DNA of 64,000 bases from Candidatus Woesearchaeota archaeon (GTDB lineage Archaea; Nanobdellota; Nanobdellia; SCGC-AAA011-G17; PNOQ01). Within the stretch, counting starts at the first letter, position 1. Each line of letters begins with the position of its first letter. The notes beneath the pieces were generated by a model. It ran no database searches. It was not told where the DNA came from and saw nothing but the letters and a program-made list of their open reading frames with translations. This document shows positions 48,847 to 59,454 of this stretch, piece by piece. The DNA lies in assembly GCA_018652625.1 (NCBI GenBank), contig JABIBT010000018.1, forward strand, positions 4,566-68,565, read 5' to 3'. The position numbers were made by a program, and so were the translations under genes.

Positions 48847-49947
48847 ATGGTTCAAGAGAAAAAAACCGCCTCATTTATAGATACATTAAAAGGGTATAAA
48901 GGAAAACAATTAGCAGTTATTTCTCAAGGCTCACCGGACCCAGATTGGATTTCTTCAGCCTTTGCCACACAATTTATAGGTAAACAATATGGGGTAGAGA
49001 TAGATATAATATATGATGAAGAAATAGACCGTAATGAAAACAATGCATTAGTAAAAATATTAGGAATTGATTTAATAAAACTTTCTGATGATACAGATTT
49101 TTCACAATATGGAGGAATATGCTTAGTTGATTCCCAAGGTTATGATGATATTTTTTCAAAAAGAGTTAAAGGATTAGAAGTAATCTCAATAGTAGATCAC
49201 CATGATAAAAAAACAGAAGGAGGTCTAGAATCCAAGTTTTCTGATATAGATCAAAAGACTGGAGCAGCTGCTACAATCTATGCTGGATATTTAGAAAAGG
49301 CAAATTTACTAAAAAAAGCCGGAGAAGACGAAGTAAATGTATCAATTGCCCTAATGCACGGAATTTTAAGTGATACTGGATTAAAAACAGAAAAAGCATT
49401 AACTGCTAATTCTAGAGACTACTTAGCGTTAGCTTATTTGGATACAATTGCAAATACCTCTGTTCTTTCTCAGATTTTATCTCAACCTTTGTCCTCGGCA
49501 GAGATAGATGCACTAGCGCTATCAATAAGAAATAGAGATACAAAAGATAATTATTTAATCTCCAATGTGGGAATTTTAGGAACTGGAGACAGGGGAGCAA
49601 TCTCGATTTCAGCAGATTATTTAATACAAAAACTTAGTGCAAAAACTGTTTTGGTCTGGGGGGTCCGTGGGGAAAAAGTAAGAGGTTCCATAAGAACGAC
49701 AGATGATAGCATAAGTTTAGATAAATTTCTAAAAGAAATGATAGGAAGTATACCCGGGAGCAGTTTTGGAACAAAAGACGCAACAAACGAAGGAGGATTT
49801 GAATTTCCTTTAGGTTGGGGGAAAGATCTAACAAAAGGCATAGAAAACGAAGAGGCATTAATAGAAAGTTTAGACAAATGTATAAAACCAAGATATCATA
49901 GTGCTGCTGGTGTAAAAGATAAAACTCCTTCTAAAATAGAAAAATAA
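48847..49947 (+). CDS. DHH-family phosphoesterase (NrnA-like)
   Basis: The 'VISIVDHHDKK' DHH motif and an N-terminal Asp-rich motif. Confidence 0.55.
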   Translation: MVQEKKTASFIDTLKGYKGKQLAVISQGSPDPDWISSAFATQFIGKQYGVEIDIIYDEEIDRNENNALVKILGIDLIKLSDDTDFSQYGGICLVDSQGYDDIFSKRVKGLEVISIVDHHDKKTEGGLESKFSDIDQKTGAAATIYAGYLEKANLLKKAGEDEVNVSIALMHGILSDTGLKTEKALTANSRDYLALAYLDTIANTSVLSQILSQPLSSAEIDALALSIRNRDTKDNYLISNVGILGTGDRGAISISADYLIQKLSAKTVLVWGVRGEKVRGSIRTTDDSISLDKFLKEMIGSIPGSSFGTKDATNEGGFEFPLGWGKDLTKGIENEEALIESLDKCIKPRYHSAAGVKDKTPSKIEK

Positions 49948-49949
49948 TT

Positions 49950-51206
49950 TTAATTAAATTCATCTCCAAAATAAACCGACATAAAATTTACTCTTTCTTC
50001 AGGTTTACTCTTTTCTCTATTATCATCAAATCCGCTACAACCAAAATCTTTGCCAAAGAATAAATATCCCCCATAATCAATCAACCCATCTCCATCATTA
50101 TCTATTCTATCAGAACACTCTGGGCATCCTTCAGGGACATCTTGTGGGCACCAAGAACAATCTTCTCCTTCATCAAAGATTCCATCTCCACAACAGGCAT
50201 AATCTCTTCCGCCAGGACGATAACAATCTTGGAAACAATCACCATTTGGTTCTCCAACATAGCAAGCTTCCCAATTATCACAAACTCCATCACCACAACT
50301 AAATTCGCATCCATGGATATCATAATTCCCATCATCACAATCAGGAATTTCTCTTGAACAACCTAAACCATCACAACTATCTGGTTTTTCCAGTCCAGAA
50401 TGGAATGCTGCAATTCCCCAAAAACAATAAGCATCTCCATCATTATTTTGGCAATCTCCAGAATATTGATATTTCAGACCAATTAAACCGACCGGCATAG
50501 CATCAGTTTCATAAAAATTTTGACCATATTCTAATCTAGCGCTATCTTTCACAAAAAGCCTTCCGTCAGAATTGTCCTCATCATATCCATAAATTAAAAC
50601 AGAATGAAATACATCTCCAGCAGCATAAGTAGCTTCAACAGGGCCATAAATCCATAAAACTTTCCTTATAAGTTTCATTCCTTCATTATAATCCATATTA
50701 AATAAAGAAAAATAATCATAATCATCTATACTTGGAGCACTTGAACCACAGCTATAGTTTCCACCAACAGTCCAACAATTAACATCAGTACCAATTAAAT
50801 TAGAGTAAGGATAACAATCACTTTCTTCCTGAAAAGAAATTGAACTAATTAAAAACTCAGCAGCGTAAACAGAACTTCCACCATTATACACACATCCTAT
50901 TGGGCCTTCCCAACATTCTTCACAGTTTTCAATAAGGTAAAGCTCAGCTAAATCAATACTATCAACATTTACTCTTGTTAGCAAATATTGGGATTCAAGA
51001 GCAGCAATAGTACCAAAAGCCCAACATGTTCCAATACCATATTGATTTGTTGAGTGTTCAGGAATCCATGATTTTCCATGTATATTATCCCAAACTATAC
51101 TATCAAAAAAATCTCTATCTTTTGTTTTAGCAAGAGAACCTACACTAAATAAACTAATGAAAACTAACGCAAACACCAAAAATGAAAAAAAGTTAAGTGA
51201 TTTCAT
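49950..51206 (-). CDS. secreted papain-like (C1) cysteine peptidase with a Cys/Asp-rich C-terminal domain
   Basis: Signal peptide. 'NQYGIGTCWAFGTIAALE' (oxyanion Gln plus the catalytic Cys context 'CWAF'). 'FHSVLIYGYDED' (catalytic His context). The C-terminal ~150 aa are Cys-rich with a 'DNDGDGLIDY' Ca-binding-like motif. Confidence 0.55.
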   Translation of the reverse strand: MKSLNFFSFLVFALVFISLFSVGSLAKTKDRDFFDSIVWDNIHGKSWIPEHSTNQYGIGTCWAFGTIAALESQYLLTRVNVDSIDLAELYLIENCEECWEGPIGCVYNGGSSVYAAEFLISSISFQEESDCYPYSNLIGTDVNCWTVGGNYSCGSSAPSIDDYDYFSLFNMDYNEGMKLIRKVLWIYGPVEATYAAGDVFHSVLIYGYDEDNSDGRLFVKDSARLEYGQNFYETDAMPVGLIGLKYQYSGDCQNNDGDAYCFWGIAAFHSGLEKPDSCDGLGCSREIPDCDDGNYDIHGCEFSCGDGVCDNWEACYVGEPNGDCFQDCYRPGGRDYACCGDGIFDEGEDCSWCPQDVPEGCPECSDRIDNDGDGLIDYGGYLFFGKDFGCSGFDDNREKSKPEERVNFMSVYFGDEFN

Positions 51207-51213
51207 AGTTCAG

Positions 51214-51471
51214 TTATCCATATATTGTTTTTAATTCACTAAGGGAAATTGAATAATAAATTCCTCCGCCCCCACATGCAGTTCCTTGTCCAGAACATGC
51301 AGAACCATCTGAAGAACAGCTGCAACAAATTTCTTGCCCAGTTTCAGGGTCTATGCTACAATTACAAGTCCCTCCAGAACCAAATGCTTGAACAAAAGAA
51401 GCATTCCAAAAAATAAATCCAGCAAGCAAAACCGCTAATACTGCTCCAAAAATAATAATTCCTTTTTTCAT
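51214..51471 (-). CDS. small secreted Cys/Gly-rich peptide (85 aa)
   Basis: Signal peptide followed by 'GTCNCSIDPETGQEICCSCSSDGSACSGQGTACGGGG'. Confidence 0.35.
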   Translation of the reverse strand: MKKGIIIFGAVLAVLLAGFIFWNASFVQAFGSGGTCNCSIDPETGQEICCSCSSDGSACSGQGTACGGGGIYYSISLSELKTIYG

Positions 51472-52112
51472 TCTTCATTACCTCCATAAGTATAAAAATG
51501 AATAAGATCAAATAAATCTTGATTATAAGTAGGATCAGATAAAGACTCTTTTAATTCTTCAGTACACTCCAACCCACCCAAATAATCTTGAATATCATAT
51601 TCTATCATATTAGTTACATAAGGGGCCTGTGAAGTATTCCCAAGAAATTCTACAACTTCCCCCAAATCAGAAAAACTATAATCATGATTTTGTTCTCTAA
51701 GTAAGTGTAAATCTTTTTGCCATGTATAAGATTCTTTTGGAGAACTAGTCAAAGAAGACCCAGAACACCTAAAATCAATGCCTTTCAAATTGTAAGGAAG
51801 TTGAAAAATAGCACTTCCATTTTCAAACTTAACATTATTAAGATATATATCCTCTAAATTTCCAAAACCTCCACCAAAACCAACTTGTGTAGAATCGGCA
51901 TCTAAAGGGTAAAATTCTCCTTCTCCAGTTTTATCATAAATTAACCTTGTTCCTTGATCATTCATTTTACCTCTAGCTTCAATTTTAGTGCCTTTTTCTT
52001 TAAACCAATATCCAGGAATTTCTGCTTTTGAAGAAACAGCTCCGCCCAAAGAAGCGGCTAAAACTAAAGGCAGTACTGCCTTACCAATATTTTTTAAATA
52101 ATTATTAACCAT
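51468..52112 (-). CDS. secreted hypothetical protein
   Basis: Signal peptide 'VLPLVLAASLGGAVSSKA'. The stop overlaps the start of the downstream small peptide gene. Confidence 0.4.
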   Translation of the reverse strand: MVNNYLKNIGKAVLPLVLAASLGGAVSSKAEIPGYWFKEKGTKIEARGKMNDQGTRLIYDKTGEGEFYPLDADSTQVGFGGGFGNLEDIYLNNVKFENGSAIFQLPYNLKGIDFRCSGSSLTSSPKESYTWQKDLHLLREQNHDYSFSDLGEVVEFLGNTSQAPYVTNMIEYDIQDYLGGLECTEELKESLSDPTYNQDLFDLIHFYTYGGNEE

Positions 52113-52211
52113 AAATTTATAGGGTTGTAAAAGACTATATAAATATTCCTAATCAGTAATAACAAATGAATTCTAGAAACTTTTATAAAAAAACGATGTA
52201 TTCAAAATTTA

Positions 52212-53003
52212 ATGGAAACTTTCATGAACCTCCCAAATTTCGAAGAAGCCAAGGTAGCTATACTCCCAGTTCCTTATGAAAAAACAACTTCTTACAAAAA
52301 AGGAACAAAAAATGCTCCAAAAGCAATACTAAAAGCTTCAAATGAATTAGAACTTTATGATGAAGAGCTCCAAAAAGAACCCTATCAAGTGGGAATTACA
52401 ACTCTAGACGAAATAAAAACTCTAGAAGAATTAGAAAAATTAGAAACAGACAAATTCATAATAGCAATTGGGGGAGAACATATAATCTCTCTTCCTTTAA
52501 TAAAAAGACATTCTCAAGAAAATCTTTCAATTTTACAAATAGATGCTCATGCAGACTTAAAAGATTCCTTTGAAAACAACAAAATGTCTCACGCTTGTGT
52601 AATGAGAAGAGTTTTTGAAATAAATAAAAATATAACTCAAGTGGGAATAAGATCTTTAGAAAAAAAAGAACATGAATTCATAAAACATAACAAAATAAAT
52701 ACTTTTTTTATGAAGGATTTAATCTACAATAAAAATTATATTCAAGAAATACTACAAACACTAAAAGAAAACGTCTATTTAACCATAGATTTAGATGCAC
52801 TAGATCCAAGTATAATGCCCGATGTGGGAACACCCGAACCGGGGGGAGTAAGATGGTATCAATTATTAAGTCTATTAAAACAACTATTCAAAGAAAAAAA
52901 TGTAGTTGGAGTTGACATAGTAGAACTTTGTCCAAATAAGACCACAAACTCAGACTATATAGTTTCAAAATTAATATATAAAATCATAGGTTATAAATTC
53001 TAA
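52212..53003 (+). CDS. speB: agmatinase/arginase-family ureohydrolase
   Basis: 'IAIGGEHIISLP' (GGDH-like) and 'ILQIDAHADL' (DAHxD), the Mn-binding motifs. Confidence 0.65.
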   Translation: METFMNLPNFEEAKVAILPVPYEKTTSYKKGTKNAPKAILKASNELELYDEELQKEPYQVGITTLDEIKTLEELEKLETDKFIIAIGGEHIISLPLIKRHSQENLSILQIDAHADLKDSFENNKMSHACVMRRVFEINKNITQVGIRSLEKKEHEFIKHNKINTFFMKDLIYNKNYIQEILQTLKENVYLTIDLDALDPSIMPDVGTPEPGGVRWYQLLSLLKQLFKEKNVVGVDIVELCPNKTTNSDYIVSKLIYKIIGYKF

Positions 53004-53444
53004 CTATTTCTGCTCTATATAGCCAAATTCTAGATCTTTTTCTAATCTTACCTCATAATCTATTCCTAAATTATCTAAAGCAACACAAATATAATAAGAA
53101 TCTCCTTCTTCAACAATATCAACAGAAGTATTTTCAAGAGATGCAACAACACAATTTCCATCTACTTTAAGCCTGCCCGTATCTCTCCAGACTAAATCAA
53201 AAGCAATTGCTACATAATCTACTCCACTTAAGGCACCACTATGATATTCTCTATAAGTTGATAATCTCTTTTTTGTGAGATAAGACATTTCGATTTCCTT
53301 AATCTCAAGTCTTTGGTGAATATCACAACTATTCTCTAAACTTTTATTATGAGAACTACATCCTGCTAGAGCAGTAGCACCAATAAATGCACCAACTAAA
53401 CCAAGTTTTTTCAAATTATCCATAATAAATAAGAAGGATATCAC
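53004..53444 (-). CDS. putative lipoprotein
   Basis: 'LVGAFIGATALAGCSS' lipobox-like sequence. Confidence 0.35.
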   Translation of the reverse strand: MISFLFIMDNLKKLGLVGAFIGATALAGCSSHNKSLENSCDIHQRLEIKEIEMSYLTKKRLSTYREYHSGALSGVDYVAIAFDLVWRDTGRLKVDGNCVVASLENTSVDIVEEGDSYYICVALDNLGIDYEVRLEKDLEFGYIEQK

Positions 53445-53506
53445 AATATATAAACATTATTATTTAATTCATAAAAATTATAAGCTACAAATAACTCCAC
53501 AAAAAC

Positions 53507-53968
53507 ATGACAGAATCAAAATATGGGCTTTCACATGTAATTGCAGCGTATTTAATGATTAATGGAGTAAGAAGTCATCCCCAATATGGGGATATAAACA
53601 GCAGATACACCCAAACCTTTCTTAAAGACCATTTTGATTTTCCACACGTTCCATACAGAAACGATGCAATGATAAAATTAACATTAGATGACAAAATTGG
53701 AGCAGAGTTTAAACATAATCCAGGCAATTTTGATCTTTCTATAGAAATAGATTTCGAAGGAGGAAAAAGAAGAGGGATACACTCAAAAGAATATGGCATA
53801 GATGGGATTCCTTTCAGTTTTACAATCTTTGATACTGATGATATGCCAATTGAGTTCATAGAAGAAGCAGATAAAATGCTATCAGATTTCAAAAAACAAT
53901 GGGAACAAACTCAATACACAAGATTTCTAGATAGGATATTTGAAGAACTTTTTATTCCATCTCGCTAA
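53507..53968 (+). CDS. hypothetical protein
   Basis: 153-aa ORF. Confidence 0.3.
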   Translation: MTESKYGLSHVIAAYLMINGVRSHPQYGDINSRYTQTFLKDHFDFPHVPYRNDAMIKLTLDDKIGAEFKHNPGNFDLSIEIDFEGGKRRGIHSKEYGIDGIPFSFTIFDTDDMPIEFIEEADKMLSDFKKQWEQTQYTRFLDRIFEELFIPSR

Positions 53969-54278
53969 CTAAAATTTTCTTATGATCAAAACCTAAAGTG
54001 ATAACATATTTATTCCCATCTTCGCCAGTAGTTTCCAAAACATAGTCTAAATAATCATAGTACTTTTTATTTATATCATAAGAATAAAAACCTAGACTAT
54101 CATCAACAACTTTTAAAAATCTATTAAAACCAATGGCATTAGGAACAAAACCATCAAATTCCCCATTAGAAATAACCAAACTATCAACAACAACAGGTTT
54201 TTCAACAGAAACAAATTCTTCTGTAGAACCACACCCAACTAAAGACAACAAAACTAACCCGACTAAACTTTTTTTCAT
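53952..54278 (-). CDS. putative lipoprotein
   Basis: 'LVLLSLVGCGS' lipobox-like sequence. Confidence 0.35.
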   Translation of the reverse strand: MKKSLVGLVLLSLVGCGSTEEFVSVEKPVVVDSLVISNGEFDGFVPNAIGFNRFLKVVDDSLGFYSYDINKKYYDYLDYVLETTGEDGNKYVITLGFDHKKILVSEME

Positions 54279-55528
54279 TATAAAAACTCATCCGAAATTC
54301 TTTTGTTTATTTCTCCTTTCAGATCTTCTCTAATTAAACTATTAACCTCTTTCTTAAAATTACTTAACAAAAAAGCCAATTTAATAAATGCAACTTCAGT
54401 TAACATGTCTTCTCCAGAAATAACAAACTCTTGTAATTCTCTTCCAGTTGAATAAACATCCATATTAACTCTACCAAAAACTGTCTGAGATGTCATAACC
54501 AACGGCATTTCTTTACTTAATTTCTTCAATTCCTTAAAAATTCCTTTATTGCTTTCATGAATTGGAAAATGACCTAAACCAGTTCCTTCTAGAATTAAAC
54601 CATCAAACCCGGAAAAGCAACTAACTTCCTTAACATTCATGTGAGGATGGCCCCTAAGAATTCCAACTTTCAGATTTTCCTTAAGTAAATGTACTTTTAA
54701 CTTACCTTCAACCTTACTAAATTTACTTTTTCCAGATAGAATCTTACCTTTTATATCAATCTCAGAAATTGGAATATCATTTACAGCTTTGAAAGCATCC
54801 CTACGAGAACTGTGTAACTTCCTTGCCTTTACTCCAGAAATTATTAAACAAGAATTATCATCCATAGATTTATGCATACACACACAAACACCAGAATAAT
54901 TAGTATTAACTATAAATTGAGCAGCACAAATTAGATTTAAAGAAGCATCAGAACTTCCCCTATCAGAACTTCTTTGAGCACCAACAAAAACAACTGGGAT
55001 AGGTAAATTCTCAAACATAAAAGACAAAGCAGCAGAGGAATAATGCAAGGTATCCGTCCCGTGAGTAATAATGACTCCTTTAACACCCCTTTTAACTTCT
55101 TTTTCAATTTCTTTAGCTAATTTATTATAATCTTTAAATGTCAAATCCTCAGAAAATATGTTTGAGATTAACTTGCACTCCAGATTAGCTATTTTTCCCA
55201 GCTCTGGAACATTTTTCAGTATTTCTGAAGGAGTAAACTGTGCACTAACACCTCCAGTTTCATAATCAATTTTTGAAGCAATAGTTCCACCAGTATGTAA
55301 AATAGATATAGTTGGCAACTTAGAATTTTTCTTAACTCTTTTAGAAATTTCCTTTTTCACTCTAGACTTTTCTAAAACTTTGATGCTTTTAACCTTTTTC
55401 TTCTCAATTCCAACATTATAACCAGACTCTAACTTCAAAACTAACTTGTTATTTATAGAATCGGGCATTAAAACTCCAACAAATTCTTCTTTAGAAGTTT
55501 TTACTTTAACTTTATCACAAACTGCCAT
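54278..55528 (-). CDS. gatD: Glu-tRNA(Gln) amidotransferase subunit D (asparaginase-like)
   Basis: 'TISILHTGGTIAS', 'IITHGTDTLHYS', and the N-terminal extra domain characteristic of GatD. 416 aa. Confidence 0.75.
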   Translation of the reverse strand: MAVCDKVKVKTSKEEFVGVLMPDSINNKLVLKLESGYNVGIEKKKVKSIKVLEKSRVKKEISKRVKKNSKLPTISILHTGGTIASKIDYETGGVSAQFTPSEILKNVPELGKIANLECKLISNIFSEDLTFKDYNKLAKEIEKEVKRGVKGVIITHGTDTLHYSSAALSFMFENLPIPVVFVGAQRSSDRGSSDASLNLICAAQFIVNTNYSGVCVCMHKSMDDNSCLIISGVKARKLHSSRRDAFKAVNDIPISEIDIKGKILSGKSKFSKVEGKLKVHLLKENLKVGILRGHPHMNVKEVSCFSGFDGLILEGTGLGHFPIHESNKGIFKELKKLSKEMPLVMTSQTVFGRVNMDVYSTGRELQEFVISGEDMLTEVAFIKLAFLLSNFKKEVNSLIREDLKGEINKRISDEFL

Positions 55529-55559
55529 GAAACAAAAATAATAAAACTAGTATAAAAAA

Positions 55560-56354
55560 CTAATGATTTCTACCAAGTTCTCTAACCCTTTCTAAGGGAT
55601 CTTCAACTTGGGTAAACTTTTTAACAGTACACATATCTAATTTTTTTGGATCAAACTGATTAACTAAACTCTCAATTCTTACCATGGTTTTTCCAGTGTC
55701 AACCATATCATCTATGATAAGAACTTTTTTCTCATTCAATAACTTTTCAGGGTATGAAGAATCTCCATTATCCAAAAATCTAGGATATTTATCATTTCTG
55801 GATACCCTTGAATGTCGTATTGGTAGAACATCATCTATTTCTAAGATATCCATGGCTAAAAAAGCAGGTTCAAAAGCCCCGGTGGCCACTGCAACTAAGG
55901 TATCAGGATGTCCTATTTCTTCTATAAAGTTTGGCAAATTTCTCCCAAAGTGGTATACACTTCTATACCTATAAATACAATGTCTAAAGGTACTCTCTAA
56001 ATTGCCCGTTCCTTCTATGGATTCAATTATATCTCCTAAATTTGGTACTAAGAAAGTATTTACTGCATCATAATTTACTCCTTGATTTCTATAAAAAGAA
56101 CCCGTAATAGCCTTTCCAGCAAGACATACATCTTTCCATACCTTTTCTTGGTCGGGAGTTACGCTACCTCTCTCAATTAAAGAGTCATAATAAAGTTGAG
56201 TGAGGGCAAAATACATCTCTCTAACTAAAATTGGGTCATTCTCGAAGGAAATATTTTTAGCAACATCCCCTATTCTAATATCAAGAATTTTTTTCCCATA
56301 ATCAAAAGGATCTCCATACATTTCTGATAATCTTATTTCTTCTAAAGGTTTCAT
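55560..56354 (-). CDS. type I phosphoribosyltransferase-domain protein with an N-terminal extension
   Basis: PRPP-binding loop 'KVLIIDDMVDTGKTM' near the C-terminus. The N-terminal ~150 aa are not recognised. Confidence 0.45.
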   Translation of the reverse strand: MKPLEEIRLSEMYGDPFDYGKKILDIRIGDVAKNISFENDPILVREMYFALTQLYYDSLIERGSVTPDQEKVWKDVCLAGKAITGSFYRNQGVNYDAVNTFLVPNLGDIIESIEGTGNLESTFRHCIYRYRSVYHFGRNLPNFIEEIGHPDTLVAVATGAFEPAFLAMDILEIDDVLPIRHSRVSRNDKYPRFLDNGDSSYPEKLLNEKKVLIIDDMVDTGKTMVRIESLVNQFDPKKLDMCTVKKFTQVEDPLERVRELGRNH

Positions 56355-56411
56355 TTTCTTATAATAACTAAAAAAATAACCATATATAAACCTTACTATT
56401 TGTAACTACTG

Positions 56412-56726
56412 TTAAGAAATAAAACTAAGAGCCAACTTAACAATATCTGGCCTTTGGCTAACATAATATTGAGTCTCCTTTTCTATAAATACTTCATCAG
56501 TTCCATCACCAATTTTTTTATCATAATGGGCATGTAAAATTTCATGGATCAATGTAGCACCCAACTCATTTTCTGGTTGAGTTGGATCAATAATAATCTC
56601 TAAAGTATCCCAATCAACTTCTCCTAAGTTTTTTTTATTTTTTGGCTTTCCAAACTTTAAATCAAAGTCATAACAACAGATATCAATAACATCTTTATAC
56701 TTTATCAAAATCTTTGGTTTATCCAT
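56412..56726 (-). CDS. small zincin-like (HExxH) protein
   Basis: 'LIHEILHAH' motif in a 104-aa protein. Confidence 0.35.
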   Translation of the reverse strand: MDKPKILIKYKDVIDICCYDFDLKFGKPKNKKNLGEVDWDTLEIIIDPTQPENELGATLIHEILHAHYDKKIGDGTDEVFIEKETQYYVSQRPDIVKLALSFIS

Positions 56727-56959
56727 AAAAAGTAAGAATCATCGTCGATATAAAAAGAAATTATAAACTAAAAACTATATATTACACTCTAAAAATACTT
56801 ATATACTAAAACAGTGAAAATACTATTAGGTTATTACTTAGATTCGTGTTGGCGAACTGAATCTATCGCGTGTATTTTCTTATGTACTAGTTTAGGTTAT
56901 CTCGAAAAAGCAGTTTATTTTGGCGAAATATAAGCTTTCTCTATGGAAGATTTACACTT

Positions 56960-56976
56960 CCGTATATATAAAGATT
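56960..56976 (+). promoter_or_regulatory. candidate TATA-like box for ftsZ
   Basis: 'cgtatatataaagatt', ~50 nt upstream of the ftsZ ATG. A weak call. Confidence 0.25.
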
Positions 56977-57022
56977 ATTGTAGTAAAAAACAATAAAACT
57001 CTATGGGGGAAAAAGAAAAAAA

Positions 57023-58099
57023 ATGGAATTTATTATACAAGACGCATTAAAAAACGCAGACAATCAAGAAGTAAACAACATTGAAGTGGGACAGGCTAAC
57101 ATTAAAGTTATAGGTGCAGGTGGAGCCGGAAATAATATTGTTTCGTGGCTCTATAAGAAGGGTATTTCTGGAGCAGAAGTTGTAGCTGTAAATACAGACA
57201 AACAACATCTAGATATTTCTTCTGCAGATAGAAAACTGCTAATTGGAAGAGATCTTACAAGAGGTCTTGGATGTGGTGGATTTATAGATATGGGAAGAGA
57301 ATCCGCTAAAGAATCTATTCAAGAGTTAAAAGAAACACTAAAAGGTTCAGATATGGTATTTGTTTGCTCAGGAATGGGTGGAGGAACTGGAACTGGAAGT
57401 GCACCAATAATAGCTCAAATTGCTAAAGAAATGGGAGCAATAGTTATTGGAACAGTAACAATGCCTTTTGAAATAGAAAAAGCAAGAGTAGACAAAGCAG
57501 AATTTGGATTACAACAATTAAGACAAGTATCTGATACAGTAATTGTAATAGATAATAATAGGTTGGTTCAAATTGCTGGAAATTTACCTCTAAAACAAGC
57601 ATTTGCAGTTGCAAATGAACTACTTTCTACAATGATTAAAGGAATAGTAGAAATAATTGCAATTCCATCTTTGGTAAACTTAGATTATGCAGATGTTAGA
57701 GCAATTATGACGGACGGAGGAGTTTCAGTAATGGGTATTGGAGAGTCAACATCTGAGAGAAGAGTAGAAGAATCTGTAAAAAGAGCTCTAACAAATCCAT
57801 TATTAGATGTGGATTATAGGGGAGCAACTGGAGCGCTAATACATGTAGCAGGAGGAGAAGACTTACTTTTGGAAGAAATAGATGCAATTGGTCAGGCCAT
57901 AACAGAACATCTTGACCCGGATGCAAATGTAATCTGGGGAGCAAGAATCGAGCCAGGAATGGAAGGCAGGTTAAGAGTTATGACTATTGTAACTGGAGTA
58001 AAATCTCCTTATGTGCTTGGAAAAGTAGATAGGCTTCAAGAACAAGCAGAAAAAGCCGAACAAATGAAATCAGATTTCGGCATAGACATAGTCAAGTGA
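57023..58099 (+). CDS. ftsZ: cell-division GTPase FtsZ
   Basis: 'GAGGAGNN', 'NTDKQHL' and the tubulin signature '[10 protein letters not shown]'. Confidence 0.88.
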   Translation: MEFIIQDALKNADNQEVNNIEVGQANIKVIGAGGAGNNIVSWLYKKGISGAEVVAVNTDKQHLDISSADRKLLIGRDLTRGLGCGGFIDMGRESAKESIQELKETLKGSDMVFVCSGMGGGTGTGSAPIIAQIAKEMGAIVIGTVTMPFEIEKARVDKAEFGLQQLRQVSDTVIVIDNNRLVQIAGNLPLKQAFAVANELLSTMIKGIVEIIAIPSLVNLDYADVRAIMTDGGVSVMGIGESTSERRVEESVKRALTNPLLDVDYRGATGALIHVAGGEDLLLEEIDAIGQAITEHLDPDANVIWGARIEPGMEGRLRVMTIVTGVKSPYVLGKVDRLQEQAEKAEQMKSDFGIDIVK

Positions 58100-58209
58100 T
58101 TTGATCAAACATTCTTTAACCCCCAACACATTTGATCAATCACTTTACATTGCTTTTTGAGGGGAAAAAGAGGTGATACTTTCTTTTTCCTCTTTTGTTT
58201 TTTTTAAAA

Positions 58210-58794
58210 TTAATTTCTATTGCGAACAAAATAATCTGTGGCGTTTACTACAGAACTATTCCCATTTAAACTAGAAAATTCATTAACTATATTCCATAAA
58301 AGAAACTTTTCCAAATTTACTCCTTTTTTATCTAAAAAACAAAGGGCAATAACATTTTGTCTCAATTCTTCTGGTAATTTGGATGGTTTCATCCCCCAAC
58401 CACACTCAACAAAGGAATATAGGATTTCTTTTGGACTTCCTCCAATGTATTCAATGGCATGTGCCTCTTCATGCATTCTAGTAAATAGTTCAAAATCTTC
58501 AAAATCATTCTTGTGATAGGCAATATGAGTAAATTGTTCTACATCTTCTCTTGTTTGACCGATTGATTTAAGGGAGAAGGTCACCCCGTGAGTAAAAAAA
58601 GAAGCATATTCTGGCAAATCAGCATCCAATCTTTCATTTATTGCGGATTCTTCCACTCCAAAGTCTAATGCCAATTTCCTATAATGGGATCTAAAATCAT
58701 CAACATAACCATCATCAGAATATTCTACAACAAATCCCTCTCTAGAAGGATTAGGTAATTCTAAATCCAGAGCTTTGAAATATAAATTTTCCAT
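58210..58794 (-). CDS. hypothetical protein with an HExxH motif
   Basis: 'TRMHEEAHAIEY'. Confidence 0.3.
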   Translation of the reverse strand: MENLYFKALDLELPNPSREGFVVEYSDDGYVDDFRSHYRKLALDFGVEESAINERLDADLPEYASFFTHGVTFSLKSIGQTREDVEQFTHIAYHKNDFEDFELFTRMHEEAHAIEYIGGSPKEILYSFVECGWGMKPSKLPEELRQNVIALCFLDKKGVNLEKFLLWNIVNEFSSLNGNSSVVNATDYFVRNRN

Positions 58795-58826
58795 AAAAAA
58801 AGCAAAATTACACCACTTATAAAGCT

Positions 58827-59375
58827 TTATTTCTTAATTAAAGGCAAAGGATCTCTCCGATATTTTCCAAATTCATTAAAACTAATAACTTTTTGAGTAT
58901 CTAATCTTAAGGGCATCTCTGGTTTATCTTTAAAGTAACCAAAAGCAACTATGGCGTGCAAACTTATTTTTTCAGGTATTTTTAAAATAGCTCTAATTTT
59001 ATCTTCATCATAAGTACGAATCCAACAGCTACCTACTTTCATAGAATAAGCTTTTAACATCATGTTTTGAATTCCTGCAGCAGTATTTTGAATTCCAAAA
59101 AACTTGCCTTTTTCTTTGTAGGATATAACTAAATCAGAATCATCACTACAAACAGCAACCAAAAAATTACTTTCTACAACAGAGCTTTGACTATGACAAG
59201 CCTTATTCAATTTTCCATCATTCTTAAAAACAATCAATCTAAAGTTTTGAATATCTCCCGCACAAGGGGCATAAGTAAAACTTTCAAGAATTTCATTTAT
59301 TTTTTTCCAAGGAATATCTTTCTTTTTAAAATGTCGAATACTTCTTCTTTCTTTGATAATGTTATCAATATCCAT
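58827..59375 (-). CDS. nitroreductase-family protein
   Basis: N-terminal 'IIKERRSIRHFKKKDIP', the FMN-binding RSxR context. Confidence 0.6.
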   Translation of the reverse strand: MDIDNIIKERRSIRHFKKKDIPWKKINEILESFTYAPCAGDIQNFRLIVFKNDGKLNKACHSQSSVVESNFLVAVCSDDSDLVISYKEKGKFFGIQNTAAGIQNMMLKAYSMKVGSCWIRTYDEDKIRAILKIPEKISLHAIVAFGYFKDKPEMPLRLDTQKVISFNEFGKYRRDPLPLIKK

Positions 59376-59420
59376 GATAATAGATTCTACTAAGAACTTT
59401 TAAATGTTTTCATAGTAAAC

Positions 59421-59432
59421 TTAATAAATACA
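59421..59432 (+). promoter_or_regulatory. TATA box for tRNA-Trp
   Basis: 'cttaataaatac' centred ~-28 relative to the tRNA 5' end. Confidence 0.5.
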
Positions 59433-59454
59433 TAATCTTCTTACTTTTACACAA

